Below are positions 26,831 to 39,979 of a stretch of DNA of 64,000 nucleotides, piece after piece. Position numbers and translations under genes: made by a program. The notes beneath the pieces are model-generated. The model worked only from the letters and a program-made list of their open reading frames with translations, did no database searches and was not told the DNA's origin. How positions within the stretch are numbered: position 1 is the first letter of the stretch; each line of letters opens with the position of its first letter. The stretch lies in assembly GCA_965227775.1 (NCBI GenBank), contig OZ245777.1:768001-832000 (forward strand), in the 5' to 3' direction. Source of the DNA: Phycisphaerales bacterium. GTDB taxonomy: Bacteria > Planctomycetota > Phycisphaerae > Phycisphaerales > UBA1924.

Positions 26831-28303
26831 ATGGACTCGTTCGCCATCGAGGAAATCCTCTCGTGCGAGTCGCTCCCGTCGCTGCCAGCGACAGCGGTGC
26901 GGGTCATCGAGTTGAGCCAGGACCCCGACTGCACGGTCAATGAGCTGGCCGAGACCATCCGATTTGACCAGGGCCTGGCCGCCAAGATCCTCAAGACCGT
27001 GAACTCGAGCTTCTTCGGCCTGCGCACCAAGTGCGGCACGATTGACAAGGCGTTGGTCGTCCTCGGCCTGCGCGAGCTGCGCAACCTGGCGCTTGGTTTC
27101 TCGCTGGTGCCCGCGATGGAGTCGGCCTATACCGACGGATTCGACCCGGTCGATTACTGGCGCCGCGGCATCTACTCGGCGGTGGCAGCCAAGTTCATCG
27201 CCCAGCGCGTCGCGCGTGATGTCGCTGACGAGGCTTTCCTGGGCGGCCTGCTGCAAGACATCGGCATCATGGCGATGCTCCAGGCACTTGGCAAGCCCTA
27301 CGAAGACGTGCTGGGTACTTCGATGAGTGATCACCGCAAGCTCGCCGCGGCCGAGCTTCGCGCGTTCGACATGCAGCACCCCGAGGTGGGCGCACTGCTC
27401 GCTCGCAAGTGGCAACTGCCCGACGAGCTGAGCGTGCCGATCCGATTCCACGAGCGACCGACAGCCGCGCCGAACGAGTTGCGCGAAGTCGTCGGCTGTG
27501 TGGCCCTTGGCAATGCGATCCACCAGTGCCTGACCTATGAGGACAAGGCCGCTTGCTTCAAGCGTCTGTACGACCGGGCCCAGCGCACGTTTGGCCTCGA
27601 TCAAGCTACCTGCGACGAGCTGCTGACCCAGACCGCGACGGCGGCAAAGGAAGTCTCCCGGCTCTTCGAGCTCGACACGGGCGACTCGGTCGACCCCGCG
27701 AAGCTCTTGAAGCAGGCCGCAGACCTGCAATCCGAGCCGGCGAGCGAGCAAGACCAGCTCGACCACGGCTCGGTCTCGGCGGTCATCCGCGACGGCGATC
27801 TTGTTGACCCAATCACCGGCGCCATGACTCGCCTTGCGATCGAGCGTCAGCTCGAGAGTGCGTACGAGGAAGGCAAGGCCGCCAAAAGCCCAGTGAGCGT
27901 GGCGATCATCCGCCTCGATGGTTTCGCCGAGATCGTGCAGAACGAGGGCATCGAAGCAGGCGACGTGCTGGCGATCGACATCACCGAGTCGCTGAACGAG
28001 CTCGGCTCAACGCTCAAGGACGTCAAAGTCGGCAGCTTCGATGACGCGACGTCGATCCTTCTCACCACGTCCCCGCTCGACGAGCTCACCAAGGCTGTCA
28101 CGCAGTGGCGCGAGTCGTTCAAGACCGACGCGCGGCCGACGACCAGCGCCGGCCTGACCAGCTGTGAGGGCGAGGGCTACGAGATCTTCACAAAGAGCAA
28201 GCAGGTGCTCGCGATCGCGTATCGCGCCATGGAAGCCGCGGTGAACGCCGGCGGCAACGCGATGCGTACCTTCCAGCCCGGCAAGGACAAGCAGGCCGCC
28301 TAG
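26831..28303 (+). CDS. HDOD domain protein with degenerate C-terminal GGDEF-like domain
   Basis: LPSLP, DQGLAAKILKTVNS, GLLQDIG, KWQLP; DPITGAMTR and AIIRLDGF present but no GGDEF motif. Confidence 0.88.
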   Translation: MDSFAIEEILSCESLPSLPATAVRVIELSQDPDCTVNELAETIRFDQGLAAKILKTVNSSFFGLRTKCGTIDKALVVLGLRELRNLALGFSLVPAMESAYTDGFDPVDYWRRGIYSAVAAKFIAQRVARDVADEAFLGGLLQDIGIMAMLQALGKPYEDVLGTSMSDHRKLAAAELRAFDMQHPEVGALLARKWQLPDELSVPIRFHERPTAAPNELREVVGCVALGNAIHQCLTYEDKAACFKRLYDRAQRTFGLDQATCDELLTQTATAAKEVSRLFELDTGDSVDPAKLLKQAADLQSEPASEQDQLDHGSVSAVIRDGDLVDPITGAMTRLAIERQLESAYEEGKAAKSPVSVAIIRLDGFAEIVQNEGIEAGDVLAIDITESLNELGSTLKDVKVGSFDDATSILLTTSPLDELTKAVTQWRESFKTDARPTTSAGLTSCEGEGYEIFTKSKQVLAIAYRAMEAAVNAGGNAMRTFQPGKDKQAA

Positions 28304-29524
28304 CTACGCCGGCTGCAGCGTGCCCGTCGTCGTTGGTGTCATGGGAAAACGCTCGGCAACCGCCCGCAGATCATCGAGCGTCACCGACCGGACTTGCTCC
28401 AGCTCTTCTTCGAGCGGTAAGTAGTCGTTGAGCAGCGTCCAGCGCGCACCAAGCCGCTGCATCCGGTCCGATGGTCGCTCGCCACCAACCGTGACACCCG
28501 TTGCAGCCTTGGCCCGCAGCCGTTCGAGGTCTTGCTCGGTCAACTCATCGATCATCTTGGCAAGCTCGCCCGTGATGACCTCTTCGATCTGACCGAGCTT
28601 GTCGGGATCGCCGCTCGCGTAGACAATGAATTCGCCCGCACCATCTTGGCCCATGTACGACGACGCCGCCTCGTCGGCCAGCCCGGGCTCGACCAGCGCC
28701 CAGTGCAGCCGGCTGTTGCCGGGCGCGCCAAGCACCTGCGCAAGCAGCCGCGCCGCGTGTCGCAGCTCATCTTGCAGGGGCGGTGCGGGCCAGAGCGCGA
28801 TGACGTAGCCACGCGAGACGCTGTCGCGCTCGAGCTCGAAGCGTCCGCCACCGCTCGCCGGAGCCGGGCCGCGCGGCGGTGGATCGCCGTGTGTCCATGG
28901 CTCGCCCAGGCTCTCGAGCTCCGCCGCAATCTGGTCCATGTCGACCGCGCCAGCGAGCGCCACCACCGTCGCCTCGGCGGTGTAGCGATGCTCGAAGTAG
29001 TCACGCATGGTCGCAACCGGAATACCGGCGATGATCTCCTTCGTACCCAGCACGCGATGTCCGAGCGGGTGTCCGCGGTAGTGCCGCTCGCTCGCAGCCT
29101 CGAGCAGTACCCAGAACGGGTTGTCGTCGTACATCGCGATCTCTTCGAGGATCACGCCGCGCTCGGTCTCAAAATCGTCCTCACGAAGGGCGGGACGCAT
29201 CATGCGGCCGAGCAGCTTGGCCGCGTCGGGCAATGCCTCGGGAAGCGTGTGCGCGTAGAAGCAGGTCAGCTCGCTCGACGTGTACGCGTTGTTGCTCGCG
29301 CCGAGGTCGTCCATGGCCGCATTGAGCGCCTCGGCCGACAGGTCATTCGTGCCCTTGAACATCATGTGCTCGAGGAAATGGCTGACGCCCATGGCCTCGG
29401 CCGGCTCGTCCCTCGCGCCCGTGCGGACGAAGTACCCCGCCGCCGCGCTATGGGCCTCGGGGTCGACCTCGCCGATGAGACAGATGCCATTGCTCAGCAC
29501 GCGTTCTTGGAAGGAGATGGCCAT
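28304..29524 (-). CDS. M16 family (pitrilysin/insulinase) peptidase
   Basis: HFLEHMMFKGT inverted zinc motif; NAYT; ERGVILEEI. Confidence 0.93.
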   Translation of the reverse strand: MAISFQERVLSNGICLIGEVDPEAHSAAAGYFVRTGARDEPAEAMGVSHFLEHMMFKGTNDLSAEALNAAMDDLGASNNAYTSSELTCFYAHTLPEALPDAAKLLGRMMRPALREDDFETERGVILEEIAMYDDNPFWVLLEAASERHYRGHPLGHRVLGTKEIIAGIPVATMRDYFEHRYTAEATVVALAGAVDMDQIAAELESLGEPWTHGDPPPRGPAPASGGGRFELERDSVSRGYVIALWPAPPLQDELRHAARLLAQVLGAPGNSRLHWALVEPGLADEAASSYMGQDGAGEFIVYASGDPDKLGQIEEVITGELAKMIDELTEQDLERLRAKAATGVTVGGERPSDRMQRLGARWTLLNDYLPLEEELEQVRSVTLDDLRAVAERFPMTPTTTGTLQPA

Positions 29525-29545
29525 GCGCCAGTCTAGCTCGAACGC

Positions 29546-30598
29546 TCACGCCCGAGCGGCGGCGTTCGCGCCCGACATTGCTTCGACAAGCTCACGGGTG
29601 GCGGCCTCTGGATCTTCCGCACCACACACGGCACCACACACCGCAACGCCCTGGCAGCCATGCGCAGCGAGCTGACCGGCATTGGTCGCGTCGATGCCGC
29701 TGATCGCAAGGTGGCCCAGCCGGTTCGCCACCGGGTCGGCCGCCACTGCCTCGATCAACGCCGGGCCGCTGAGCGTGGGCTTTGCCTTCGTGCCGGATGC
29801 GAACATGGGCCCGAGGCCCAGGTAGTCCGCGCCATCTTGCACGGCCTGGCGGGCTTGCTCGAGCGTCGAGCACGACACACCCACGAGTAGTCGATCGCCC
29901 GCGAATTTGCGCACGTCGCCGACCGCAAGATCTCCCTGCCCGACGTGCACGCCCGCGGCCCCGGCAAGCAGCGCGATGTCGGGCCGATCGTTGACGACAA
30001 CGGATGCACCGAACGGACGCGCAAGTTCGACTAGCGCCTGGGCACGCTCGAGCAGTTCGCGATCGGGCAGCGACTTCTCCCGCAGTTGCAGGCACGACGC
30101 TCCGCCGCGGCACGCGCCCTCGGCGACGGCCTTCCAGCCGTGCCGGCAGAGCTCATCGGTAATCAGCACGCACACCGGCCATCGAGGCGAAGCCCCACCC
30201 AGGGCGACGAGAAGGCGGCGCTGGATCTCGTACGCCTCGTAGCGGGCGGCCTCGAAGGCGAGCGGTTGCAGGCCGAGGACCTTGGCGACCTCTTCGCACG
30301 CACGGAGGGCCTCGGCAACGCGGTTTCCGGCAGCAGCCGCGAGGGCGCCGGCATCCTTGCGCGTGATCTCTTCGGGCGTCGAGATGGTCGTGCCGACGTC
30401 GCCCGGGGTATCTCGCCAGGCTACCAGACGGCGCGGACCGGCGGACGAGGCGGCCGTTCGGATTGCGTGGCGAGCGTCCTTGGCCCGACGTGACGTCTCC
30501 GCGTCATCGAGCAGGAAGCGTGCGAGGTCCTCGAGGGTGCGCAACCCTTCACACGCACGGTTCACATTGGCATCGAACATGCGCTCGAGGGCGGCCAT
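29546..30598 (-). CDS. thiE: Thiamine-phosphate synthase with N-terminal extension
   Basis: DANVNRACEGLRTLED N-domain; QLREK, NDRPD, GVHVGQGD, GVSCST, FASGTK. Confidence 0.93.
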   Translation of the reverse strand: MAALERMFDANVNRACEGLRTLEDLARFLLDDAETSRRAKDARHAIRTAASSAGPRRLVAWRDTPGDVGTTISTPEEITRKDAGALAAAAGNRVAEALRACEEVAKVLGLQPLAFEAARYEAYEIQRRLLVALGGASPRWPVCVLITDELCRHGWKAVAEGACRGGASCLQLREKSLPDRELLERAQALVELARPFGASVVVNDRPDIALLAGAAGVHVGQGDLAVGDVRKFAGDRLLVGVSCSTLEQARQAVQDGADYLGLGPMFASGTKAKPTLSGPALIEAVAADPVANRLGHLAISGIDATNAGQLAAHGCQGVAVCGAVCGAEDPEAATRELVEAMSGANAAARA

Positions 30599-30665
30599 GG
30601 AGAATCGTACGTTCGGGGATGCGTGCAACGCCTCGCGGTGCGGTGGCGCGGGAGGCCGATGCACC

Positions 30666-30703
30666 AATAGAAAGAGCCCCCAACGTTTGACCGTTGAGGG
30701 CTC
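30666..30703 (-). terminator. rRNA operon Rho-independent terminator
   Basis: Minus strand GAGCCCTCAACG-GTCAAA-CGTTGGGGGCTC-TTTCTATT. Confidence 0.88.
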
Positions 30704-30707
30704 AAGT

Positions 30708-30812
30708 ACGGCGATGACCTACTTTCCCGCAGTGCAGTATCATCGGCGGCCAGGGCTTAACTGCTGTGTTCGGGATGGGAACAGGTGTCTCCCCTGACCT
30801 ATGGTCGCCGAA
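30708..30812 (-). rRNA. rrf: 5S rRNA (short, ~105 nt)
   Basis: CGGCGACCATAG..CACCTGTTCCCATCCCGAACACAGCAGTTAAG..GGGAAAGTAGGTCATCGCCG; ends approximate. Confidence 0.95.
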
Positions 30813-31034
30813 AATGCTCGAGCAGCCTTTCGGCCGCCCGGCACAAGTCTTGCCTAAGCAAGATCCGGCCGGATCAAACGTCTACTGGCGCCATCAAGGT
30901 GATGGCAGACGAAAGACCGTGTTCTTGGCGAACGACGATATTTCAATTTTCGAGGGTTACTCGAAGCACTCGAGCGAGTGCTGAATTACTGCGATTCTGA
31001 GACGAATCTAAGAATCGCGGCAATGGGTTGGTGC

Positions 31035-33766
<2,732 letters not shown>

Positions 33767-34056
33767 ACACCAACCTGTCGCCGCGAACGACTCCAGATTG
33801 GCTCAAGCACACCTTCACAATGAACAACCTTGCTTCCACTCCGATCACGCGGGCTTGCACCCTTGCGACCATCGCTTCCGACAGGCTGTCCACAGGCCGG
33901 GTTTTGGACTTGCGTCCGTGCACCCGGCGGCGCTCGCTCGATTCTTCTTGCTACCCGCCAGCCCCACACTCCACAACGCACCACCTCGCGGCTTGCCCGA
34001 AAGCTCCCCGTTTGGCCGTGCCCGTGTGTGCGGGACGACGTTTTGATCCGTGCCGG

Positions 34057-34069
34057 TTGTCAAAGAGCG
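34057..34069 (-). promoter_or_regulatory. boxA antitermination element in the 23S leader
   Basis: CGCTCTTTGACAA versus consensus TGCTCTTTAACAA. Confidence 0.75.
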
Positions 34070-34146
34070 TTGGCCATTTCAGGGCATCCGCCCGTGGTGG
34101 CCGATCCGCGTTTGCCTGCATGGCTGGGCCGTGCAGAGCGGTAGAG

Positions 34147-34174
34147 ATGATAACCACCCACAAGCTGTCGTCAA
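34147..34174 (-). promoter_or_regulatory. Sigma70 promoter of the stand-alone 23S-5S operon
   Basis: TTGACG-N16-TATCAT; 16-bp spacer typical of rrn promoters. Confidence 0.8.
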
Positions 34175-34185
34175 ATTAGGGCATC

Positions 34186-34213
34186 AAAAAACCGGCCAAC
34201 TTTTTGGCCGGTT
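34186..34213 (-). terminator. Terminator of the pilM operon
   Basis: Minus strand AACCGGCCAA-AAAG-TTGGCCGGTT followed by a T run. Confidence 0.8.
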
Positions 34214-34250
34214 CGGGTGTGCTTCGGGCCTGTCGGGCTCGCGATCGGCC

Positions 34251-36329
34251 TTAGCCGCCGCCGCCACCCTTGCCGCCGCCGATGGGGGCTCCCGGGTCAG
34301 CGGACGGCTGGCGCCGCTCTTGCCGCTCAAACTCCGGAATGTCGAGCGTTGCCCGCGGCTGGCCCTGGTCCTGGCCGTCCTGGGCACTCTTGCTCAGCAT
34401 CTGGTAGAGCGTGCCCTGGCGGTCGGTGGTGGCCACCTTCCGCATGAGGCCCTGCCCGCCGAGCTGCGAGAAATACGCCACGGCCTGGGTCGAGCGATCG
34501 CCAACACCCTCGGCCTGGGTGGGCTCGAAGGTCACGTCGACGAGGTACACGTCGATGTTGGCGGGCACCTTGTCGGGCACAGGTTCGCCCTGCTCGCCGG
34601 CATCTTGGTCGCCGGCATCGGGCGCACCAGCAGCGCCGATGATCTCGGCTCCACCGCGGCGACCGCCCTGGGGCGGAGGCGCGAACTCGGGATCTTCTTC
34701 GGCCTGGGCCAGCACGGGCAGGCGCAGGTCGTCGGGCAGGTCGGCCTCGCTCGCGACGAGCTCACCCGGACGGAGCGTCAGGGTGCTACGGCGGTAGAAG
34801 CCGTAGTAGAACGTGAACACCTCGACGCTCGCGCTGGGCTCGCTCGGGCCAAGCGCTCCGCCACGGCCGTCGTTCGCGCTTGTAAGGAAGAAGGCCGTTC
34901 GCGGCGCGACGACCACGGCTTCACTCCACGGCGAGGGGTCGCTGAGCAGCACGGGCGAGGCGGCCAGCGGACGCTGGGCCTCAACGAGCACGGGCTCGCG
35001 GCCGAACATCGGGTTGTTTACCACGAGGCGGGTGCGATAGCGATAGGACTTGCCGGGCTCAGCGGTCGCGTCGTGCGCCCACAGGCGTGCGTCGTTGTCC
35101 TCGAGCAAACGCTCGTCCCGGGTTTCATCGGCAAAGCCGGTGACGGCCAGCGGCTGGCCGGTCTCGGGGTCATACCCGAGGTCGCGAACCTGCTGCTTGA
35201 GTGACTCGATGCGCTCGTCGATCTGATCGAGCTGTCGACGGAGCTGCTGCGTTCGCCGACTCTCCTCCGGCTCATCATCAGGATCAGCCCGGCCGGCACC
35301 GCGGCCCGCGCCGCGGCCACGATCATCTCCTTGGTCGCTCTTGGACTCGTCGAACTGCTGCTGGATTGGTTCGCGGCGACGCTGCTCCGACGCGATCTGG
35401 CTCAACAACCGCTGCGCCTGCAGCTGCTTGTCGGCCCCGCCCTGGGCGGCCAGCTCGGCGCGGAACACAGTCGGGGGCTTCCACTCCGGGCCGGCGATGG
35501 TGCGAAGCGGCAAGGGGCGGCGATAGGTGGGTGCCGCCTCGAACGCGAGGCGCGCGTCCGACGCCAGGGCATCGCGGCCGAGTTCGTCGGTCGCGGCTTC
35601 TTCCTGCAGCGTTACGTAGAGCGGCTGCTCGCCGGGCAGGCCGTCGATGATGGTGGTCTCGCCCCATGAACCGTCGGACATCTGCACCTGGCGCTCGAGC
35701 TGGAGGCCGAAAGCCTCAATGTTGCGACGCCAGTTGATCGGGATCGGGCGCAGGTCGCCCTGACCGCTGGCGCGGAACATGTCGTCCAGGGCCGTGCCGT
35801 CGTAGGTCACCTCGACGCTGACGGTCGCGATATCGAACGGCTGGGCCGGGCCGACGATCGAGGCGAGTTCCTCGTTCTCGGCGACCAGGCTCGGGTCGAG
35901 CGTGCCGGCGTACGACGCGACGACGGGCTGGCTGGGCGCGGGCGGCGTTACCACCGCGTATTCCACGTCCTGGGCCTGGCCCTTGAAGAGTTCCTCGTCG
36001 ATCTCGGCCGGGGCGCCCATCGCCATGACACGCGACCGCGGCGACACCGCGCCCATGACGCGGTCATCGATGCCGTCGAGCATCCTCGTGCGCTCTCCGA
36101 TCGGGGGCGGGTCGATCGTGGTTGAGCTCATCTGCGCGTCGACCTCTTGTGCGCGGCGCTCGACGGGGTCGTACGCCCGTGAGGGCGGCAGCTCCTGGTT
36201 GCGCACGTTCACCATGTTTGGAGAACCGGCGAACTGCAGCACCACTATGCCCGCCGCTACGGCCACCATGAGCCCCAGCAACAACTTCTCGATATGGGCT
36301 TCAAAGAAGCCAACACCCTTGAGCTTCAT
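34251..36329 (-). CDS. Hypothetical membrane-anchored protein, third gene of the pilM operon
   Basis: N-terminal TM (HIEKLLLGL); FN3-like PGKSYRYRTRLVVNNP..SPWS segment; coiled coil. Confidence 0.75.
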   Translation of the reverse strand: MKLKGVGFFEAHIEKLLLGLMVAVAAGIVVLQFAGSPNMVNVRNQELPPSRAYDPVERRAQEVDAQMSSTTIDPPPIGERTRMLDGIDDRVMGAVSPRSRVMAMGAPAEIDEELFKGQAQDVEYAVVTPPAPSQPVVASYAGTLDPSLVAENEELASIVGPAQPFDIATVSVEVTYDGTALDDMFRASGQGDLRPIPINWRRNIEAFGLQLERQVQMSDGSWGETTIIDGLPGEQPLYVTLQEEAATDELGRDALASDARLAFEAAPTYRRPLPLRTIAGPEWKPPTVFRAELAAQGGADKQLQAQRLLSQIASEQRRREPIQQQFDESKSDQGDDRGRGAGRGAGRADPDDEPEESRRTQQLRRQLDQIDERIESLKQQVRDLGYDPETGQPLAVTGFADETRDERLLEDNDARLWAHDATAEPGKSYRYRTRLVVNNPMFGREPVLVEAQRPLAASPVLLSDPSPWSEAVVVAPRTAFFLTSANDGRGGALGPSEPSASVEVFTFYYGFYRRSTLTLRPGELVASEADLPDDLRLPVLAQAEEDPEFAPPPQGGRRGGAEIIGAAGAPDAGDQDAGEQGEPVPDKVPANIDVYLVDVTFEPTQAEGVGDRSTQAVAYFSQLGGQGLMRKVATTDRQGTLYQMLSKSAQDGQDQGQPRATLDIPEFERQERRQPSADPGAPIGGGKGGGGG

Positions 36330-36352
36330 CGCATGCTCCCTTTCGACGGCCC

Positions 36353-37708
36353 TTAGCCGATGCCCGGATCTTCAAAACCCATGTCTTCTTCCGGCTCGGG
36401 GTGGGGCTCGAGCCCCAGCTCCCGGCGGATGATGTTGGGCATCAGCGGCGCCGTCCACGCACGCAGATAGACCAGTTCCAGTTCGATGTTCAGCTGCACG
36501 ACGTGGTCGGTGCCGTAGTAGTAGCCCCGCTCCAGGTCGGACCACACGTTGACCGGCTCGATGTCGAGGTCGGTGACGGTGATGAGGTTGTATTGCGCCG
36601 CCGCGTCGATGATCTCGGGGATGCGGGCAGAGTCGACCACCAGCGACATGCGCACGCGGCGGATGTCATAGAGCTGGTTCAGCCAGTCGGCTTCGCGGCC
36701 CGAGGACGCCGCGTGGAAGCGCGGCTCGAACACCTGCACGGCGGGATCGGGCCCGGGCTCGATGGGATCATCGAACTGGCCCTGGCTTGCGGTGCGATTC
36801 AGTCGAAGCGGACGCCCCTCGATCTCGAGCACCCGCTTGATGGGCGCCTCAACGATCGGCAACAGGTCACCGTTGCGAGAGTTGGCCGCACCAAGGAAGC
36901 CAAAGAGATCCTCTGCGAGCCAGTAATCGAGCTGCCAGAGGAAGGTCGTGCCGTGGTTGGGCGTGTTCGACAGCGCCCGCCTCGGGAAGCCCGGCGCTAC
37001 CTGGAAGGGCGAGCCCTCGGGCAGCACGTCGAGCGACATGTAGATCGAGTGCTCCTGCGCCGGCCTTGCGTACAGGCTCACACGCTGGGCCGAGAGCTCC
37101 TGCTCCATAGCCTCGCGCTCATCGGGATCCATATCGGTCGAACCCGACTGCGCCGACTCACGCTCGAACAGGCGCGCTCGCGTGTCGTTGAGCTGATCGA
37201 GCACGCTGACCGGATCGGGCGGCGTCGTCGCGTTCAGCCTGCTCAGCAGCTGCTCGTAGGCCGAGTCGCCATCACCGGGGATCAGCAAGTCCTGCATGCG
37301 AAGGCGCATGAGCTGGGCTTCGGAGCTGTCCTCGGGCTGCTTGGGGAAGAGCCCCTCGACCAGCACGCCGCGGTTCTTGTTGTTGAACTCGATGATCTCG
37401 CTGGTCACCTGCTGCAGACGCTCGTTCTGCTTCTGCTGCTGCTCGCGGAAGAACTCGGTGTAGTCCGGGTGCGGCATGCCGCTGTGGGTCACCGGCTCCA
37501 TGCCCTCGAACGCGGCGGGCAACTCGTAGTTCACCTTCAGGCCGTCAAGACGCTGCATGAGGTTGTTGGCCGCATTCTCCTGTCGCTGCTTGATGCCCGC
37601 GTTCAGGTTTCCGCTGACCACCCACGCGACCGGCAGCGCCACGAGGATGACCACGATGGCCACGATCATGGGCCAGCGCTTCTTGATGAAAGTCATGGCG
37701 TTCTTCAT
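36353..37708 (-). CDS. Hypothetical membrane-anchored protein (PilO-position gene of the pilM operon)
   Basis: N-terminal TM plus coiled coil; ATGA overlap with pilM; C-terminal beta-alpha-beta segment. Confidence 0.75.
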   Translation of the reverse strand: MKNAMTFIKKRWPMIVAIVVILVALPVAWVVSGNLNAGIKQRQENAANNLMQRLDGLKVNYELPAAFEGMEPVTHSGMPHPDYTEFFREQQQKQNERLQQVTSEIIEFNNKNRGVLVEGLFPKQPEDSSEAQLMRLRMQDLLIPGDGDSAYEQLLSRLNATTPPDPVSVLDQLNDTRARLFERESAQSGSTDMDPDEREAMEQELSAQRVSLYARPAQEHSIYMSLDVLPEGSPFQVAPGFPRRALSNTPNHGTTFLWQLDYWLAEDLFGFLGAANSRNGDLLPIVEAPIKRVLEIEGRPLRLNRTASQGQFDDPIEPGPDPAVQVFEPRFHAASSGREADWLNQLYDIRRVRMSLVVDSARIPEIIDAAAQYNLITVTDLDIEPVNVWSDLERGYYYGTDHVVQLNIELELVYLRAWTAPLMPNIIRRELGLEPHPEPEEDMGFEDPGIG

Positions 37709-39732
37709 TGAAGGTCGCCCTCCTGCTCGTCAACGAGCTCGATCACCCAACTCACCTCGAAGAACGAACGCGTCTTGCCCTCGGGCACACTCAGGTCGGG
37801 TCGCGGGATCGGATACATGCTGTTCAGATCGCTCAGCCCAACAGGACCCATGCCCATGTCCTGATCCTGACCCGTAGGAATCGGGGGGCCGCTATCGGAA
37901 CTACCGGTGATGGTCGTCCCGCCGCCCGGACTGCCGCGGTCAGGCCTCGCCTGGCCCGAGCGTCCGCCGCGCGTCGGCCGGCGTGTTTCGCGTTCGCGTT
38001 CGCCAGGTGGCGTGAGCACGCCGCCCTGTTGCTCTTCGGCGCCTTGGGTCGAGCCAAACTGCTGGGTGATGCGCCACGTCGTGCCGGGGAGCACCAGCTT
38101 GTACGGCACGCCGTCGCGCTCCTGGTTCGACCGGAGCCAGCGATCGAGCGAATCAACAATGAAGTCGCCCGCGCGGGGGTGGTCGGTCCAGCCCACGAGC
38201 TTCACCGAGATCTGCGGATTCTCGGGGCTGTCGTCATCGGACGAGTCGCCCGCGTAGGGATCAAGGTTGGGGCTGGCCGTGCCAACGAACTCGGTCTCGA
38301 CGCTCTGGATGTGGACAGCGGGCATGTCGAGGCTCAGGCTCGCATCGCCCTGCGCCACGGTGTTGGCCCGCTCCATCATCAGGCTGATGTCGTTGACTAA
38401 CGACGGATAGATCTCGCGGCCGTCGGCGAGCGCGACGAGATTCGACAGTGTGCGATCGACCACCTGGCTGCCAACGACGCCCGACGCGTCGCTCTTGAGG
38501 CTCTCGCCTCGCGACAGCACCTGCTGGATGACCGGCGGCTGCGGATACGCGTCCACTGCCGCCTGATCCATGAACGGGCGGATGAACATCGCGGCGCCTG
38601 CCACGAGGCCCAGGCCCGCGGCGGCGGCGAACCACGGCGTCTTGCGGCGCCACACGGCCTCGCGCACGACTGCCGCCGGCATCAGGTTCGCCTCGAGGGT
38701 CGCGAACTCGAGCCCCTGCAGCGCCAGTCCGTAGGCGGTCATGAGCTGGCCGGCGTTCTCGCCAAGCGTGGCCTCGTCGGCGCCGTCGAACTTGGCCCGC
38801 TTGAACTCTTCGACGGTGTAAACCGTGAGCTGCACCTGCTGCTGCAGCGCCTTGCGGATGCCCTGCAGCTCGAACGTCGAGCCTAGGCCAATCACGCGCT
38901 GCAGGTCCGAGTCGCTGTGCAGCGACTGGTAGTAGCCGATCGAGCGTTGGATCTCTTGGCCCAAGTCGCTGAAGATGGGCCGCAGCGCCTGCAGCACGTG
39001 GCGGGCGCTCTTGCTCTTGTGCACCTCGCGCTTGATCTTCTCGGCCTTGGGGTAGCTCACGCTGAACTTATCAACGATCTCTTGCGTGAAGTTGTGGCCA
39101 CCAAGCGGGAACGTGCGCACCCACACGCGACCAGCCTCGGCGATGATCAGGTCGGTGGACGTCGTGCCTACGTCAACGATGACCGTCCCGGGCGTGCGCT
39201 CGTCGAACACCAGGTCGTACGCCATCGCGTTGTATGCGGCGATGGGGCTGAGCGTCACGATGTCGGGCACGATGCCGAAGTCGTCGTAGAGCTGCAGCTG
39301 CTGGCGGATACGCTCCTTCGTCGCCGCGAAGATGCCGACCTCGACATCGGGCGAGTCGGGCGAGCGGAACGTCTGGAAGTCCCACTCGACTTCTTCGAGC
39401 GAGAAGGGGATCTGCTGCTCGGCCTCGAAGCGCACGATCTTGGGGATCTGCTTGGGCTCGACCGGCGGCAGCTTCGCGAAGCGCGCGAACGCGGCGTGTC
39501 CCGGCACGCTGACGGCGACGCGCGCCTTGCTCAGGTCGTACTGGTTTACGAATGCGCCCAGCGCCAGTCGGATCGCGTCGTCCTGGTTCAGCTCGGGCGT
39601 CGAGAGCACCCGCTTGTGGGGCATGTTCGCGAACTCGGCCACGCGGACGTTCTCGCCGTCCAGCACGAGCTTGACGGCCTTGATGCCGCCTGCGCCTACT
39701 TCGATGCCCCAGCACGCGTTCGATGTCGCCAT
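37705..39732 (-). CDS. pilM: Type IV pilus assembly protein PilM with fused TM/periplasmic (PilN-like) extension
   Basis: WGIEVGAGGIKAV, IVRFEAEQQIPF, VDVGTTST, EIQRSIGYY, AYGLALQG, then NLMP plus TM. Confidence 0.9.
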   Translation of the reverse strand: MATSNACWGIEVGAGGIKAVKLVLDGENVRVAEFANMPHKRVLSTPELNQDDAIRLALGAFVNQYDLSKARVAVSVPGHAAFARFAKLPPVEPKQIPKIVRFEAEQQIPFSLEEVEWDFQTFRSPDSPDVEVGIFAATKERIRQQLQLYDDFGIVPDIVTLSPIAAYNAMAYDLVFDERTPGTVIVDVGTTSTDLIIAEAGRVWVRTFPLGGHNFTQEIVDKFSVSYPKAEKIKREVHKSKSARHVLQALRPIFSDLGQEIQRSIGYYQSLHSDSDLQRVIGLGSTFELQGIRKALQQQVQLTVYTVEEFKRAKFDGADEATLGENAGQLMTAYGLALQGLEFATLEANLMPAAVVREAVWRRKTPWFAAAAGLGLVAGAAMFIRPFMDQAAVDAYPQPPVIQQVLSRGESLKSDASGVVGSQVVDRTLSNLVALADGREIYPSLVNDISLMMERANTVAQGDASLSLDMPAVHIQSVETEFVGTASPNLDPYAGDSSDDDSPENPQISVKLVGWTDHPRAGDFIVDSLDRWLRSNQERDGVPYKLVLPGTTWRITQQFGSTQGAEEQQGGVLTPPGERERETRRPTRGGRSGQARPDRGSPGGGTTITGSSDSGPPIPTGQDQDMGMGPVGLSDLNSMYPIPRPDLSVPEGKTRSFFEVSWVIELVDEQEGDLQ

Positions 39733-39979
39733 GGTTGAAGCCTTCCTTACTTAAGACGTCCGGGCCACCACCAGCCCGAGTACCCCCATCACCACCGCGA
39801 AAGCGGCCAGAGGGGCCGATCGTACACCATCGACGGGCCCGGCAGGCCGAACGGCCCAGCCCATCGCACCGTCCATACGACGATGATTGCAGGCTGTTGC
39901 TCGCCGCCGGCGGCCCGTTACAGCTTGGTGACCAACCCTGAAACCGATAAGCGAGCCAGGCCGCGGGTCGGGAGCGTCC

